Shown piece after piece: positions 13,301 through 26,741 of a stretch of 64,000 bases of DNA; the first letter of the stretch is position 1, and every line of letters starts with the position of its first letter. The DNA lies in the NCBI GenBank assembly GCA_002633005.1, contig NMRA01000222.1, positions 124,001 through 188,000 on the forward strand, read 5' to 3'. The DNA is from Phoronis australis (Eukaryota; Animalia; Phoronida). The position numbers were made by a program, and so were the translations under genes. Below the pieces are notes generated by a model that saw only the letters and a list, made by a program, of their open reading frames with translations, ran no database searches and was not told where the DNA came from.

Positions 13301-16300
13301 ATTTTTGTTTTAAATTTTTATTCCGTGTCTGATGTTCTAGCTGCAATTTGCAACAACAAAACTGGACGGCTTGTATACTACCAAGTCAGAAAGCTGTCTA
13401 CAGCTGGCACGATTATCGATTTCGTAATCAGTAACGTAGATAACCATACATATAAAAGTTTCTGAATCCAGCTCCAGGCTAATTCAGAATGCATAGGCTG
13501 GAAAGCGATGATGTGAAAGTATGAGTAACTATTGGCAACAGCTGAACACAGGCTCCAGTTTTTTTTTTTCACTGTGATATATACTTATTGAAGGATACAC
13601 AGAACATACAAAGAAATAATAACAAACCCAGAAACCGCGAAGCATTATATCTGGGTTGTNATTACAAAAGCAAACATTTGATTTAGACCCTTATTGACAT
13701 GAAATTAGTATCAAATTATTCCGCAGTCAAATAAGATACGATTTCTCAGCTTGAGAAGAACTGACAGAATATAATGACAAACGGTCATTTTCCAAGCCCA
13801 GAAACCACATTTCAATTCAGTCGGGAACAAGTTGAGCTCTGACAGTAATTTTGTGGCGGTCTAAATTAATTTTTTGTTGGAAGCTTTATAGCATTTTCAA
13901 TTCCTTTACCAGCAATTGCAAAGCAAAAGATATCCACTAATGGTCTCCTTATTTACAGTCACATTTTTGTTTTAAATTTTTATTCCGTGTCTGATGTTCT
14001 AGCTGCAATTTGCAACAACAAAACTGGACGGCTTGTATACTACCAAGTCAGAAAGCTGTCTACAGCTGGCATGATTATCGATTTCGTAATCAGTAACGTA
14101 GATAACCATACAAAAAGTTTCTCAATCCAGCCATCTATTTTGAGACATTGGTAAGCTCCAGGCTAATTCAGAATGCATAGGCTGGAAAGCGATGATGTGA
14201 AAGTATGAGTAACTATTGGCAACAGCTGAACACAGGCTCCAGTGACTAGTCACTCATTCAACCCTGCAATAATACCCTACACACGGTGTCTAGTTTAAAG
14301 GTAGCTTGTATGGAAACCTCTAACAACTCAGTGCAAAACATTGTTATAAGCTAAGGAAACAGACTTATGTGTGCAACATTTTATAGAGTTAGTACAAACA
14401 AACCTCAAAGACTTCCGCTAGGGCAGCGGATCCTTCGTTTTCCAGGCGCCCCCTGCCAGACACAAATACCCTCAGAGCTAGAGGTTGTCCCGCTGCACTG
14501 CTAGCGCGGTAGCATTCTGACAAACAATTTGCGAGCATCTGGAAAATAGGGAAAATACTCGTAGCAATATAACAGTCTTCCTTCTTTGGCTATCATTATC
14601 ATTATTGAAGACACAAGCAATGTCACGTGCTTCATGGTTGCTTTAAGTGCTCCATCAGTCAAAGCATTCCATGCAAAAATCATAAACTCAAGAAATAAAA
14701 AGACTTGTAGGATATTATCAGTGTAAAGAATTCTGGGAAGGTTTTAATAATCATGCAATTAAAATTCAAACTAACTTTAACGTTTAAACCTCTTGTAGTT
14801 TATTTTCATTCAATTCTCGACTATTTCTGACATTAAAACAAATAATTCAATCGAAATGTTTTCCAGTACACGTGTACCTAACATCATGTGTACAGCATAC
14901 ACCAAAAATAGACTGACAATACGACCTCAAATTGCAAGTGGAACGACTCTAGCATTAGCATTATTGTGCGATACATTTACAATGCAGAAACAAGATGACG
15001 TTACTTGTAGACTAACATAGCTGAAGCGTCCGTCAAACTAACATCTTAAGTTAGCAAAAATTCTACCCGTCCTGTAGCTGTAACGCTTATCTGGCAGCGG
15101 ACAGACAGACACTCACCCTGCCCCCTGTGATTCCTAGGCCGTTGTTGTTCAACCTAAGCTCCTTTAATGTGTAGCACGTCTCACTCTTCAGCAGCTCCTG
15201 CAAACCGACCATGCCATTGGGGCCGAATGCGTTATCACTGAGATCCAGCTCCACTAGCCTGGCATGGCACTTCATTAAGCCATAGCCAAGGTATTTCTGA
15301 AAACAGTCATGTGTTCACTGTTAGTCAGCTTCCACTTGGGCGCAACGGGACTTCGTTTCAAAGGCGCCCAGAGGTCAAACCATGGAGACTACGACAAACT
15401 TTTACAACAAACTAGTGGGAAATGAAAAGCTGTCAAAAATTTTTAAGGAGTGCGATTTGCAATTTGAATTCCTAAATTTATATTTCGCAATTTATTACGC
15501 AACATCTTTTCTGAACATAAACAAAAAGGATACTAACACACTGGTGATCACATGCATACCGTTTTATAAATATTGACAATTTAAAAAGCACCTTTTCAAA
15601 TTTGCTAAAAATCAAGACTAACTTGTTTTTCTCGACTACTGACAGAACACACTATTACGTTCACATTCACGTTCATAAGCAAACAAAGCCCATCAATTGT
15701 TCACTTGATTGTCATTAGACCGCTCCAACAAAACATGTCAATGAAGCTGGCAAGTAATACGAACTAAAGTCCTGATTTCGGCAATAGTCATTTACTGGGG
15801 TACCGGATTTGGAGAACCAGTTTGATTGCCGTTATTCAGTGGAGAAAACTGGTTCTCCAAAATGCGTACCACCTGTAAGTAATGCACTACTTTCAATGAA
15901 TATGAACTCCAAGGGGGAACGTATCACAACTAAGCTAAGTGCCTTTGCACCATACACACTATGCAATGTGGTACAACAGTCACACTGATGAACAACTTCT
16001 TACCAAGGCTTCCGGTATTTCTGTTTTCAGCCTCCCCGTGAACATGTCACTCCACAAGGCACGCTGGAACGTAAAACAAGCGTATTTTAACCTTGGTTAT
16101 TACTTTCAATCCATCAAACATCATATGAGTTTCCAACACTCACATTAAGTTTAACATATCGTTACAAGTGTCAGTGGTTGCTGTCATATCTACTTATTGG
16201 AAAAAATAACAAACAAAGACAAAGGGCTCGATTTGACAACCTGCAGGTCGGCAATGCAACCTCGGGTTTCGCTTGTTGACCTGGTGAAAAACACACCACT

Positions 16301-19300
16301 AAGCACAAGCTCAAAATACTCATAAAGTAATCATATACAGGAGTCGGAATTGTGTGGCAAAAAACGGAATGGCACATCCATGACATGTGCCATTCATTTA
16401 GGTAACAGCCGACCATGCAAGGGACATTAGGTCTGATTGAAATAGGTCACCACCAACCAGGCGGGATATCTCCAAATTTCCGTTTCATTTTCGAATAAGC
16501 ATCGTTTGTAGTGGCTAAGACTAACGCACCTCCACACCAGGATTTGCTTATTTTGGCAAGCTCACTTTCCCTTTGACAATTTGGGAATATCGCCTGATCG
16601 CATGTGGTGAGTTAACAGTATGCTTAGCGTCGAACCCTGTAGACACCAAGCTGTTCTAGTACTAGTATCTGTGACAAGTAACAACTGCTTACAGTTTGAA
16701 ATATGGAGACCCTGATTAGACGTATTCAAAAACATAATGAATTCCAGTACACGTGCAATTGTGGTTTACAAGACTGTATTCAATGACCTCGTCTTGACCA
16801 TTGCGACCAGGTCTGACTAAGAGATGACGGAAAGTATAGGTTTAGGAGTGGGAAAATGTTAAAATTGCTAGCAAATTTGTTGAAAAAACTAGCGAGGAAA
16901 ATCTCAGGACTTACGATCACGTTTAGAATGCTGAGCAAGTACAATTTGGCAAGTGAGAGCTCGCCGGGCTGCAGTCATCACAAACATCTGAAGTTGCATT
17001 TTGCAAGCTGGTCTACGCCGAATAGAACCTTGCAGATACATAAGATCTTACCTCAAACTCTGGATGCTTCTCTAGAGCCTCTCCTATCTCTTTGGCTGCA
17101 TCAACTCCCATGGTGTTCCCATCCAGGCGAAGAGCCCTCAGTCGCTCACACTTGTCGATTGCCTCAACAATCTCCTTAGCTGGAAATTAATGTCAACACC
17201 ACAACATATTAACAACTCTGAAAAAAGTGAGTTCCACATTTTCTCAACCATGCTAGCAATGAAATCTCAAATTTATTGTTTGTTTAATGCCTACAATCGA
17301 GAGAATGATATCCAGAAACACAGAGAAACCACAAGACAAAAGCATCGAATCAAAAATACTGTTTTGGATCAGTAAAACTACAGCCCATTTAAGTAATATT
17401 TCCATGAACTGATACTAAAAGATGTTACATGATGCATTTCCCCAGCTGGATAACATCACAGGCATCCTCAGCTTCTGATCGTCTCCAATACACTATATAT
17501 AGTACTTACTACAAGGTATGACACTCCTGACCAGAAATTCCATGGGTGCTCCACTTCAGCTGTCTATATCAAACACAAAACTCAATAAATTTACACAAAA
17601 CGAGGTTTCAACAAACCATTAGCAATTGTTCTTTCTTCTAATACCATTTCCGGTGTCCTGATCCAGCGAGATCGCAACAAATTCGTGGTCAAAGCACAAA
17701 AATGTTCCCAAAAAGCCCACGCATCAAGCCTCCTTGGACGGTTCGAGGTGTCTATTTTCAAAGTATGGCAGATATGCACATGAATGCTGTGCTTTTTATT
17801 TTTCCTCTTTGAATTGATTTAGTAAATCAACTAACTCTCAGTAGATTCTAAGTATTTAGTTACAAACCTGACATGTCACTGAAATGTAGAGTACGTACCC
17901 CTGTGTAGTATACGTACCCCCATGTGAATAAATACCATGAAACAAAAATATTACACGGTAAGTAAGCAACACTTGTCACAGACAGCTTCCTCAATTAAAA
18001 GTGCTAGGTTAAAAGGGTGTTAATTACAAATACATTTGTTTTGGGTGAAATATTAGCATTTGTGTAGTGTACGTACCCCTATATTTTAACATGTGCCTGT
18101 TTTCAAAGAATGACATACAGATATGCACATGACTGCATGCTGTACTTTTTATTTGTTCTCTCTGAATACTGGTAAGTGAACTAACTCTCAGTAGATTTTA
18201 ATGATTTTTTATGAACCTGAAAAGTAATTGAAATGTAGTGTACGTACCCCTGTGTAGTGTACGTACCTTCAATCTCTGTGCTTTTAAGTATTGTCCACAA
18301 GAATTTTTACATACAGCTGCTGTTCTCATGAACAATACTGATATTTCCAAAATGAATACAGTCTGACAAAAAAAAACAATGGACATTATCAAATTTGAGG
18401 ACAATAAAATGCCACACAGGACTTGGCTAGTACTGAAAATCCTAGAAGACACGTCATGTGACAACTGATGTTGCAGAGGCAGGTTCTCCATCTTTCAAGA
18501 CAATTTCAACTTGCAACAAACCAACAAGTAGAGGCAGCACAAAACTTGAGACAGGGCTCGACGCTATTAAAATCGCCAGGTCGCATTTTGCGACCTAGCC
18601 AAAATCCCAGGTCGCATTTTCAAAATCCAGCTCGCATTAGTAAATGCCAGGTCGCAAAATTTTCCCGCCATTTTTACGCGCCAAAATAGATTTTTTAGAT
18701 CATCGAGAAAATGTTTAGATTATGCTCTTACCTGCAGCGTTAAATACTCACAAATTTCGGATCTCAAAATTGACTTCATTCATGCAGGTACGGCCTTACT
18801 GTTCTTCACGACCGCCATTGAAAGACTCTAGAGCGCAAGGCATGTTGCCGACGTGAAAGTTGAATCAGTGCTCTCTAACTGACTTGTGCATTCGAGTAGC
18901 TAAATTTGCGATGTGAAAAGGGAGAAAATGCCCGTTGAAAAAGTATCCGGGATTTTGTTAGATCTGGCCTGCTACTGGCTGTCATCAAAGTCGTTAACGA
19001 TTCAAACTAACTCGGGTAATGGCGAGTTTGCTCCTCAATACCTTCCAAGTACGGGAAAAATAGGTCAGTCACAAAACGACACGCATGTCACTAGTGTTAA
19101 CTTTCTTTCCGAGGTATAAAACAAAGCCGGGATTTGGTTTTTACATATTGTGAAAAGACGTTTTTGAAAACTGAAGTTGTGTAAAATGAAAGTGACACAC
19201 CATATAAGCTGCGTGTCAATTTTAAACCACACGCGGTCGTTTGTAGTGCGCTATGATGGGCGCTAGCTTGAACTGTGGGCGCTTAATTGGAAATTCTCAA

Positions 19301-21843
19301 AATTTAAGGGGGGACTTTTAATAGATCAGTGAGCGCTTATTATGAAACACTTTAAAGGTAGGGAGTAGGCTTGTGCGTGAGCATAGTCGTTAACCTCAGT
19401 GTTTGCGGTAATAAGATATTAAAACGCTGCAATGGTAAGAAACGTTATAATAATACGATTTTGCGAGGCAAACTCCATCTGGTAGGGGTGACTTTCTGGA
19501 TATCGTTACCACCTACATTGTACCCTTTTTAGCCACCCGGAATGATTTTTTTAACTGCCCGCTTCAGCCGGAACAAGGTTGTTTCTATAGGAGTCTGAAC
19601 ATTTTACGGCGAAGGTGGTTCGGGGAGCGAAAAGTTGCCGGGGGGTGTATAAAGAGAAGAATGAAAAGTTCGCTAACTTGAACCACAATTTCGCATCTAG
19701 TGCCAGTTTAGTTGCAATAGCTGGCTACGGGCATAGAATACAGGGTTTACAGAACATCGACCTCGGGAAACATCGGAACAGGATAACGTTAGTTCTGGGT
19801 TATATCGGTCCCGGGACATCGGGTCTTTTATAACCGCTGGGAAACTGAGTTCATTTTCAAATAAACCAGAGCCAAGCCGGTATACTCTTTCATTTAGGAC
19901 TGTCGCTGTTCTTTGAAGTGGTGCGCACGCGTGAGTTCACGCACTTGAATCGTTGGAGTAGGCCTACACTTTACGTTGGCAACAACGTGTGAAAGACAAA
20001 TCATATTTCGCGCACGTAGCCCCAGAAACAAGTAAAGGGTTTGAGAATTTCTTGGAAAATTGAAAGTAAAGACGTGACCGTCGTTTGGCGATTAACAAGG
20101 TTGTCATTTTCACTTTGGCTGTCTTAATACGATAAAAGGAGAAGCATACCTCAGTCTAAGTCACGATTGTCTGCCGGGACCGCTTGCGCGCTAACGGTGC
20201 TGCAGTGCGATATCAGGGATATTGTCGTGGATATTTGGTACATGTAATAAGGACATCTTATGTGAAAAATAAGCATTTTTGTCCACCACAAAGTTTGGTA
20301 AGTTGATCACTTAAGAATTAATAGAAACACCGTTGTTTTGTGAAGTTTTATTACATGTTAAGCAGTGGCCCGAAACTTTCTTCGGCGAATCCGGGAATTT
20401 ACAAAAGTGGCCGAAAGTGTTAGCCAATGAAACGCGTCAAAGATCGATTCTGCATATCCCATGTTCACGCGACTTGCTTACAAGTCATCGGGAGGGCTGT
20501 TCTCGGTTAGTGTTTCTTTTGAACAACCAAGTAACGGATTAACAAGAGATGCTTTGTATTTGCCAGGTATCTGTTGAGAAGTGTAAAAACTCAGCTCGCA
20601 TTCGTTGGAAATTCCAGGTCGCATTTTGCGACTTGAAACGAGCTGACAAAAATCTCAGCTCGCATTTCCAAATTTCAGGTCGCAAATGCGACCTGCAGCT
20701 CGTTATGTCGAGCCCTGTGAGACCATCCCATACATTTGTGACTTAGTCAAAATTTGACGTTAATTGACTGTGCGTAGTGTACGTACCCCCCAACCAGTAC
20801 CATTTTTTACTGATTACAAGTGGAACACTGGGTTTAGCATTGCTTTAACTATTTTGACCAACTGGTGAATGTAATGAAAACTAAGCAAACAGCACCGATA
20901 AAGTTTTTGAAAAAGTAGTTAATGTCATTTTCTTTTTGTAAGAATCATACTGTAAGAGAAGGAAGTTCTCATTATACTGTGTTAAGATATGCAATGTATC
21001 ATCATCTAGAACAACTTGATCAGCACGGTAATAACTTTTCTTATTTTAGTATGTGATACTAACTTCTTCAATTTAATCAAAAATTTATTAAATTAAAAGC
21101 TACCTTATGAATTTTTGCATGGTAGAAGTGGGTTGTGACCACAAGTTGTAGTGTTTTATACAATCTGCGATGCATTACGCAATAAAATTTTGTTCGGTGG
21201 TTCTTGAGTAAAAATATTTTAGATTACAAACCTGGAATGATGGTACTTGAAAATAACCCAGCTTTTACAGTTATATGACAACCTTCATTTTTCATCAAAA
21301 GTAGCCACCGAATATGGACCTTGATTTGTGATTTGGCCGCATACCTTGTAGTATTATATGTAATGTATTGGGGACGATCAGAAGCTAAGGACGCCTGTGG
21401 TTAACACATGGGAATCGAACCAATAATCTCGGAAAAAAAACAGTCATGCATGCTAACGATTCGGCCAATTAATTCATAACTGGCAAATGCCCATTGCAGT
21501 GGCTTTACACTACTACAGAGGATGATTTCCGGAGCCAACTTTTACAACACTGGTATCAAATTTGATCTCAAAGTCCGTCCACTCGACGGACCACATGTCT
21601 TGGACCAATGAGTTAACACATTGCTCGGAAAATAATTCCAAGAAAGACGTTAGACTGGTCACATGTATGTGCTGCCGTCTCTCGGCATGGCAGATAGACA
21701 TTTGCTAACAAATACTCCCGTGATTTACCATCTCCAGCCTGATCTAGCTTTAGTCCTTTTCCTGCGAAGCTCAAAACATCTTCTCCTTCAACAGTGGTCT
21801 TTGCTAACTGGTCAGCAACTTCAGAAATATCTGGCTCAGCCAT
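4275..21843 (-). CDS. RANGAP1: Ran GTPase-activating protein 1 (LRR domain + acidic tract), 12 coding exons, 431 aa
   Basis: GT-AG exons join in one frame: 21843-21729 ([34 protein letters not shown]), 17179-17052 ([20 protein letters not shown]), 16063-16004 ([20 protein letters not shown], the conserved DMFTGR motif), 15296-15117 ([15 protein letters not shown]...LRLNNNGLG), 14538-14404 ([13 protein letters not shown]), 12524-12366 ([11 protein letters not shown]...INLNDNTFT), 10205-10095 (INFGDCL), 7658-7559, 7198-7114, 5668-5593 and 5189-5091 (acidic D/E tract), 4322-4275 (terminal, TGA). Total 1296 nt. The terminal exon is less certain than the LRR exons. Confidence 0.95.
5921..6737. mobile_element. 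PIF/Harbinger (Tourist-like) MITE, copy 1
   Basis: TIRs GGGCTGTTCCAG.AAAAT..GT.TGGGAGGGGGG; 3-bp TSD TTA on both sides; near-identical inverted copy at 11070-11906. Confidence 0.9.
7743..8255. mobile_element. hAT-like MITE remnant
   Basis: 13-bp inverted termini CAGGGCTTGGAAT/ATTCCAAGCCCTG and repeated (c/a)cgcggaaa subterminal motifs; no TSD found. Confidence 0.55.
11070..11906. mobile_element. PIF/Harbinger (Tourist-like) MITE, copy 2 (inverted relative to copy 1)
   Basis: Same TIRs, TTA TSD; internal sequence is the reverse complement of 5921-6737 with few substitutions and small indels. Confidence 0.9.
12543..12618. repeat. 24-bp tandem repeat x3
   Basis: Units of acactattaacaggtgagagcata-like sequence immediately upstream of the acceptor of RanGAP exon 12524-12366. 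Confidence 0.85.
13001..14243. repeat. ~560-bp direct duplication split by a single N (probable haplotype/assembly overlap)
   Basis: 13001-13559 and 13661-14243 are nearly identical; N at 13660. Confidence 0.85.
15786..15885. mobile_element. ~100-bp hairpin MITE
   Basis: Imperfect palindrome with arms ttggagaaccagttt/aaactggttctccaa; related copy at 27548-27645, both preceded by gcaatagtca. Confidence 0.6.
17457..21399. mobile_element. non-autonomous TIR element in RanGAP intron 1, host of a nested hAT
   Basis: Inverted termini CACAGGC(a/g)TCCT(c/t)AGCTTCTGATCGTC(t/c)CCAATACA at both ends; internal gtagtgtacgtacccc repeats on both sides of the nested element; no clear TSD. Confidence 0.7.
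18552..20717. mobile_element. non-autonomous hAT element with 5-bp TSD (hAT5-like), 2166 bp
   Basis: TIRs CAGGGCTCGAC/GTCGAGCCCTG; TSD TGAGA at 18547-18551 and 20718-20722; arrays of ccaggtcgcatttt subterminal repeats at both ends; no transposase ORF. Confidence 0.85.
21405..21468 (-). mobile_element. tRNA-derived SINE head remnant
   Basis: Minus strand reads TGGCCGAATCGTTAG (A-box-like) ... GGTTCGATTCCC (B box); no intact cloverleaf. Confidence 0.45.
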
Positions 21844-21859
21844 AATTTTGTACCACTTC

Positions 21860-21930
21860 AGCTGGACACATGTGAGGAATGTCAAAAATGGCGACGGTCG
21901 ATTCGAACTTCCCGGATGAATCGTAAGTTT
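21860..21930 (-). promoter_or_regulatory. RanGAP 5' UTR/TSS region with YY1-type motif
   Basis: AAAATGGCG (CGCCATTTT on the coding strand) at about 21885-21893, some 45 nt upstream of the ATG; typical of housekeeping gene starts. Confidence 0.4.
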
Positions 21931-24900
21931 ACAAGGGAAATAACTCTGACAACTGCATAGTGTCCAGCTCTGTGTCAGTGACTCAGTACTACCTGTCGAC
22001 AAGTATTGAACCAAATACCTAAAAATACTACGGAATCTGATTTCATGACAGTCTATAATTTAATGTACAAACCCTTTAGAGTTCTACTTTTAGACTGATG
22101 CCAATGCGCCATGAATTGCTATTGGTTCACGTGAAATTTAGCAAAAAGAAAAATAAACTGGCTAAAGCAAAATAATTAAGCCGGGTATAATCAAATTTCG
22201 TTTGTTACTCGGCTCAAAATGAAAATTCAAAAACACTGTTATTATTTTCAAAATCATCATTTCGTTTTCATGCAACATTTGTTTTTCCCACAGAAATGAT
22301 AAAAGTCCTAATTCGATAGCCCCTCGATGCAGAAGTGGGACTGTACAAAGCAAGTCACTTGTAGGCCTATCTTGATAACAGCGCCGCCAAAGCACGTTTG
22401 TTGGAACGCAAATATGTCGTATGGGCCTACCCCTGAAACAACAATCACTTAGTTTGTCAGATACTATCACAGTGGCGGATAAGGGNNNTGGCGGATAAGG
22501 GCGGGGGGGCAACATGTTGCCTCGGGCGAATTGGGCAAAGCGCGAGTGTATGTGCACAGGTGGTCCGAAAGTGCGGGCCGGGGGCCGGGGATGTGGACTT
22601 CCTGTTCAGAAATCTATCGGCGGATTAAAAAAAAGAATGCGATCCGCCGCGTCCTGGAGGTATGAGGCCCCCTCTCACTGGTCCTAGTTACTGGACTCGA
22701 TATCTGGATGTTTCCTCACGCTTCGCGCTGTACGGTTGCTGTTTCTTTCCTTGCGACGCAGCCAAGCAAAGCCTAAAAATCCGTCCATGTATGAACTATA
22801 CTATGAAAATTTTGAGTCGCACTCGTAATTTATCGGGCCTAAGGCAAGATAAGGGTGGGATGCGATCGAGTGTCCTCAGCTCAGGTCAACACTGCTGCAG
22901 ACGTAGGGGGCGAAACTTTGACTGATGGCGACTCTAGTGACGGACTCAGTCGGACGTCAGTGTTCAATATCAGGGGAGCGCCGGAGGCGTGATATACTTG
23001 TCCTTAGGCAAAAATACTAAAAACCGGGGCACGATGAAACAGGAAGAGAGAAAAAGAAAAGGAAACGCTTGTCGTTTCCAGAGCCAGATCTAGATATGCC
23101 TAATCTCGGCCGCGGAGACAGCTCAGAGGCCTCAATTGAGAAACGTTTGCAGCGTTTATCGTCTACGGCGCAATTTTAAAACCGGCCGTGCTTCGGCATG
23201 CATTAGTTGTAGACAGGAGTGGTTTTAAGCAGGCGGGTAATGAGATTTCAAGTCTTTCATGAAGTGTAATCGTGACAATAAAAAACAGCTTCTTGACACA
23301 CACATGGAGTGGACAGAGTTGCTGAAAAGGTGCATACAGGGGTCACACTTTCGCAGGGCGGTTTTGGAGAAATTATTTCAACACTTTTAAAATCCTAACT
23401 CCGATCGTCCGAGGCGATCGTGGACAATTGCAACGGACAAGCCTCGTCAAAACACTGTCGACATGCCTGTCAGCAGTTGCAACGCTCGAGTACGATCGTT
23501 TGCAACCGTCAAGTTTTCAAAACCAGAAACCCTTCTTTTGACCTTTGTAGTAAGAAACAGGAAACTTTTACAGTTCCGAACTCCTAAAGTACTTGTACCC
23601 TTTTGTACGTAATGGGATTTTTGTCAGAAAAGACTCCCTTTCGTCAGGGAATATTGGCAAAAAGGCGGTCACTCTTTCGTAGCTAGCTAGCGAAAACATC
23701 GGCATTTAAACGCCATGTTTCCTATACTTATCAGGGGCCCCGGGATACAAGATTTTTTTAAAAGGGGGTCGGATCAATGATTTTTTAAATAGGGAAGTCC
23801 AAGTCAACACTGACTTGAAAATTCTAGGTTTGATATCGTTACAATCAATGAAAAAGGAGGATATGGACCCCCTTGACCCCCCCCCCTCCAACATCCGCTT
23901 ATGCACCCCACGCGAAAACTGAGCAGACTATAGCCGAGCAAAACAGACTTGGCCAAAAGTGAGAGACTCGATTCTGAAGTAACGAACAAAACCTCCTGTG
24001 AATGATGCGGGTTTTAAGTTGGCCTACAGCAGCTGTCGCCAGCCAAGCTGCATGGTGCGTATACATTACCTTTACACCATGTGTAACAAGATGTTACTGT
24101 ACTAGCAGACAACAGAGCAACGGCTGCTGCCACTCGTACATTATTTGATTATGTGGACAGTGAAACCATGCATTTGCCGGGTCTTCCAAAGCAACGTCAT
24201 CGCAATCTTGTTATTTTTTTTAATGGAAGGTTGCAATGATTAATCGTCTGGGCATTACAGAAGGTCCATGATACTGTGTTCGCAAGTCNNNNNNNNNNNN
24301 NNNGGGTTTCCCTCTCCCGTGTAAGACAATTTTTGTAGATAAATAGTGAAATTTCTATTCATTCTTGTAAGTTTCTGGCACTTAACATGTCTCTTGAGTT
24401 TTTCTTAAGATAATTTAAAACCCTTCTCGATTTCGTCACATGAACTTGGCTAATAAGTTTCGTGAAACCATATTTGTGCACATCTGGGTATGAGTCACAC
24501 CACCAGCAAAAAATTTTGTTGGACATCTGCTTACACACACCTTTTTAGCATACGAAAAAGTGTGGTGTGTATACAGGGGTTTAGACAACCCAAATATTCA
24601 AGAGCATAACGAGCACCGACGGGGCGTAAAAAATGAATGATCAGATGATCGCGTAACAGCAGCCTAAAGTTGTTTAAGAACGAAGACCTGTACTGTTAGT
24701 CTGGAAATAAACATGTGTTCTGTCTCGTTGCAAGAAAAACTGGCGAACGATGATGCTCTCAGCTCATAGTCTATAGTGACAATAAATAATTAATTATTAC
24801 TATATTAAGCAGAATTACGTTGACAACAATTGAAAAATGTATCAGGAAACAAATCATCTAAAAACAGTTTCACGAAAGCATAACATTCTGTACAACGTGG

Positions 24901-25549
24901 TGAAAAGATATACAGGACCAGTTCGCAAAGGGACCAGATGTACACTGAGAGTACACGAAAAGGCTGGCCTGGTCCGTCACCAGACCAAAAGTACACCTGT
25001 GCTTATTATCCCTATAAAAATAGTCGATCTGTCGCGGAACCAAACAGTACTGACTGAGATAAATAGTTTTACAAAGCACACTTTGGCGAAAAAACATCAC
25101 TAGCTCGCCGAGGGACCAGAAGTACACTGCAACTCAATATCTACAAATATCAAGCTGGCCTGGTCCGTCGCGAGACCTAAAGTGTATTATGCAATTTTTT
25201 TTTAATTGAAAACTTCTCTCCAGACACTTTTTAATGCCCTGTGGTTGCTCATACGTGTATTTTATACATCTGGTCGTCAACTGCTGCGAGAGGTTGTTTA
25301 GGAAGGGTTTTCGCACCGTTCTGTAGTACTCACTGGAAGAAACAAGTATTGAGTACAAATTTAACTACGCACTTTCGTGAAACAGATTTTGGATAAGCAG
25401 AAAGAGCCAGGTGGAAATACAAACCAGAATCAGTTTCTGTGCGCTCGTAGATCCTCTGCTGTACTGGGTAAATTTGGCATGACCAAAACTAATTTCTATT
25501 TCGTTTTCATTGTACAGCAGCATAAATAACCGACATTATGTACAAACTG

Positions 25550-26120
25550 TGTAGAATTACAACTTATTACGTGGGTGTTTCTCCAGGAACGTTAGTCCTA
25601 TCCTGCTGTTGTCTGGACTGCCGAGGCCAATCTGTACATCGGATCCAATGGTTTGCTTGTCTTGGAACCATTCTACCCAGACATTTTCGATGTTTTTTCC
25701 CAACGCTTGCACTTCGTCAACTGCTGTGTCAATGAGCTTGTAAGCCTCAACAATGTCAGCATCTCGTTTCGCAGCTCAAATGGCACTAAGGTCCCTGAGG
25801 TGGCCAAGTCCATTCAAAAGACTTACATGCGCAATTAAATTCGATCCGTTCATCATGAACTACTTCAAACCTAGACGATGTATCCCAGGACATATTTGCA
25901 TCTCTTGCAATTTTCGGAATAAACGTCCCAAAGTCTGAACTCTTGAAACCCCAAGTACTAACATCAAATAAATGCCTATGGGCATGGGCGTTTCACCGGG
26001 TGGGCCTGTCTGCGGAAATTCCCAGTATAGCAGACGGCAGTGGTGCTTATTGCCGGTAGAAAGACGGTACGTGTTGAGGTCGGAACTAGGGCTCCTTAGG
26101 AGACCTATTGAACATCGCAC
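25550..26120 (-). pseudogene. decayed hAT transposase (THAP12/PRKRIR-like group)
   Basis: Minus-strand translation with stops and frameshifts: LLNGLGHLRDLSAI*..KRDADIVEAYKLIDTAVDEVQALGKNIENVWVEWF...RQQQDRTNVPGETP, which resembles the central/C-terminal region of THAP12-like hAT transposases. Boundaries approximate. Confidence 0.7.
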
Positions 26121-26741
26121 GAGTCCCGCAAGACTTTTGCTGTGTTAATACAGCCTCCCCGCAATTTCTGGTACTGTACACTGTTCGCAAATGCGGTCAC
26201 TTTGTCAATGTCATTCTTTGTATAGACATACATTGTTAGAGTGCATCTTTAAACGGACTCGCGACCAGACCACGGCTCCCGCGACAATAGCAATTCTTCG
26301 GAAAACGAGTTCTTTTCAAAAATATTACAGGTACATGTACACTATATGACATTGCCAAGACAACTTTACTATACACCAGTCAAATTCGAGTTACAAACGT
26401 GTGGAGTATAATGGAATGACACGGCATGACAGAGGAGGTAAAAACGTTGCACGTTAATTCGCCTGGATATCAGGGTTGCGGGACCGCAGTATTTCCCCTG
26501 ATTAAATCAAAACATATTTAAGAGTAAAGAAGCTATATAGTTACCTAAAGAAATCAGCTATAGAGCTGCTCTTTCAGCGGTGGATACATCTAAAACGCTT
26601 GGCTACTTCAGAAGTGTCGACGAAAGCGCGTTTTTCCGATGAGTCACGAAGAATCGAAATGCCTTGATTTTCTTAAAAGCAATTCACAATGCAAAAAATT
26701 ATATTTTCAGAGTGAACCCCCCTCAATTTTTTCCAAGTTAG

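Noticed and set aside
21405-21468. Possible tRNA gene
   Set aside because: A and B boxes only; stems are not intact, so treated as a SINE remnant.
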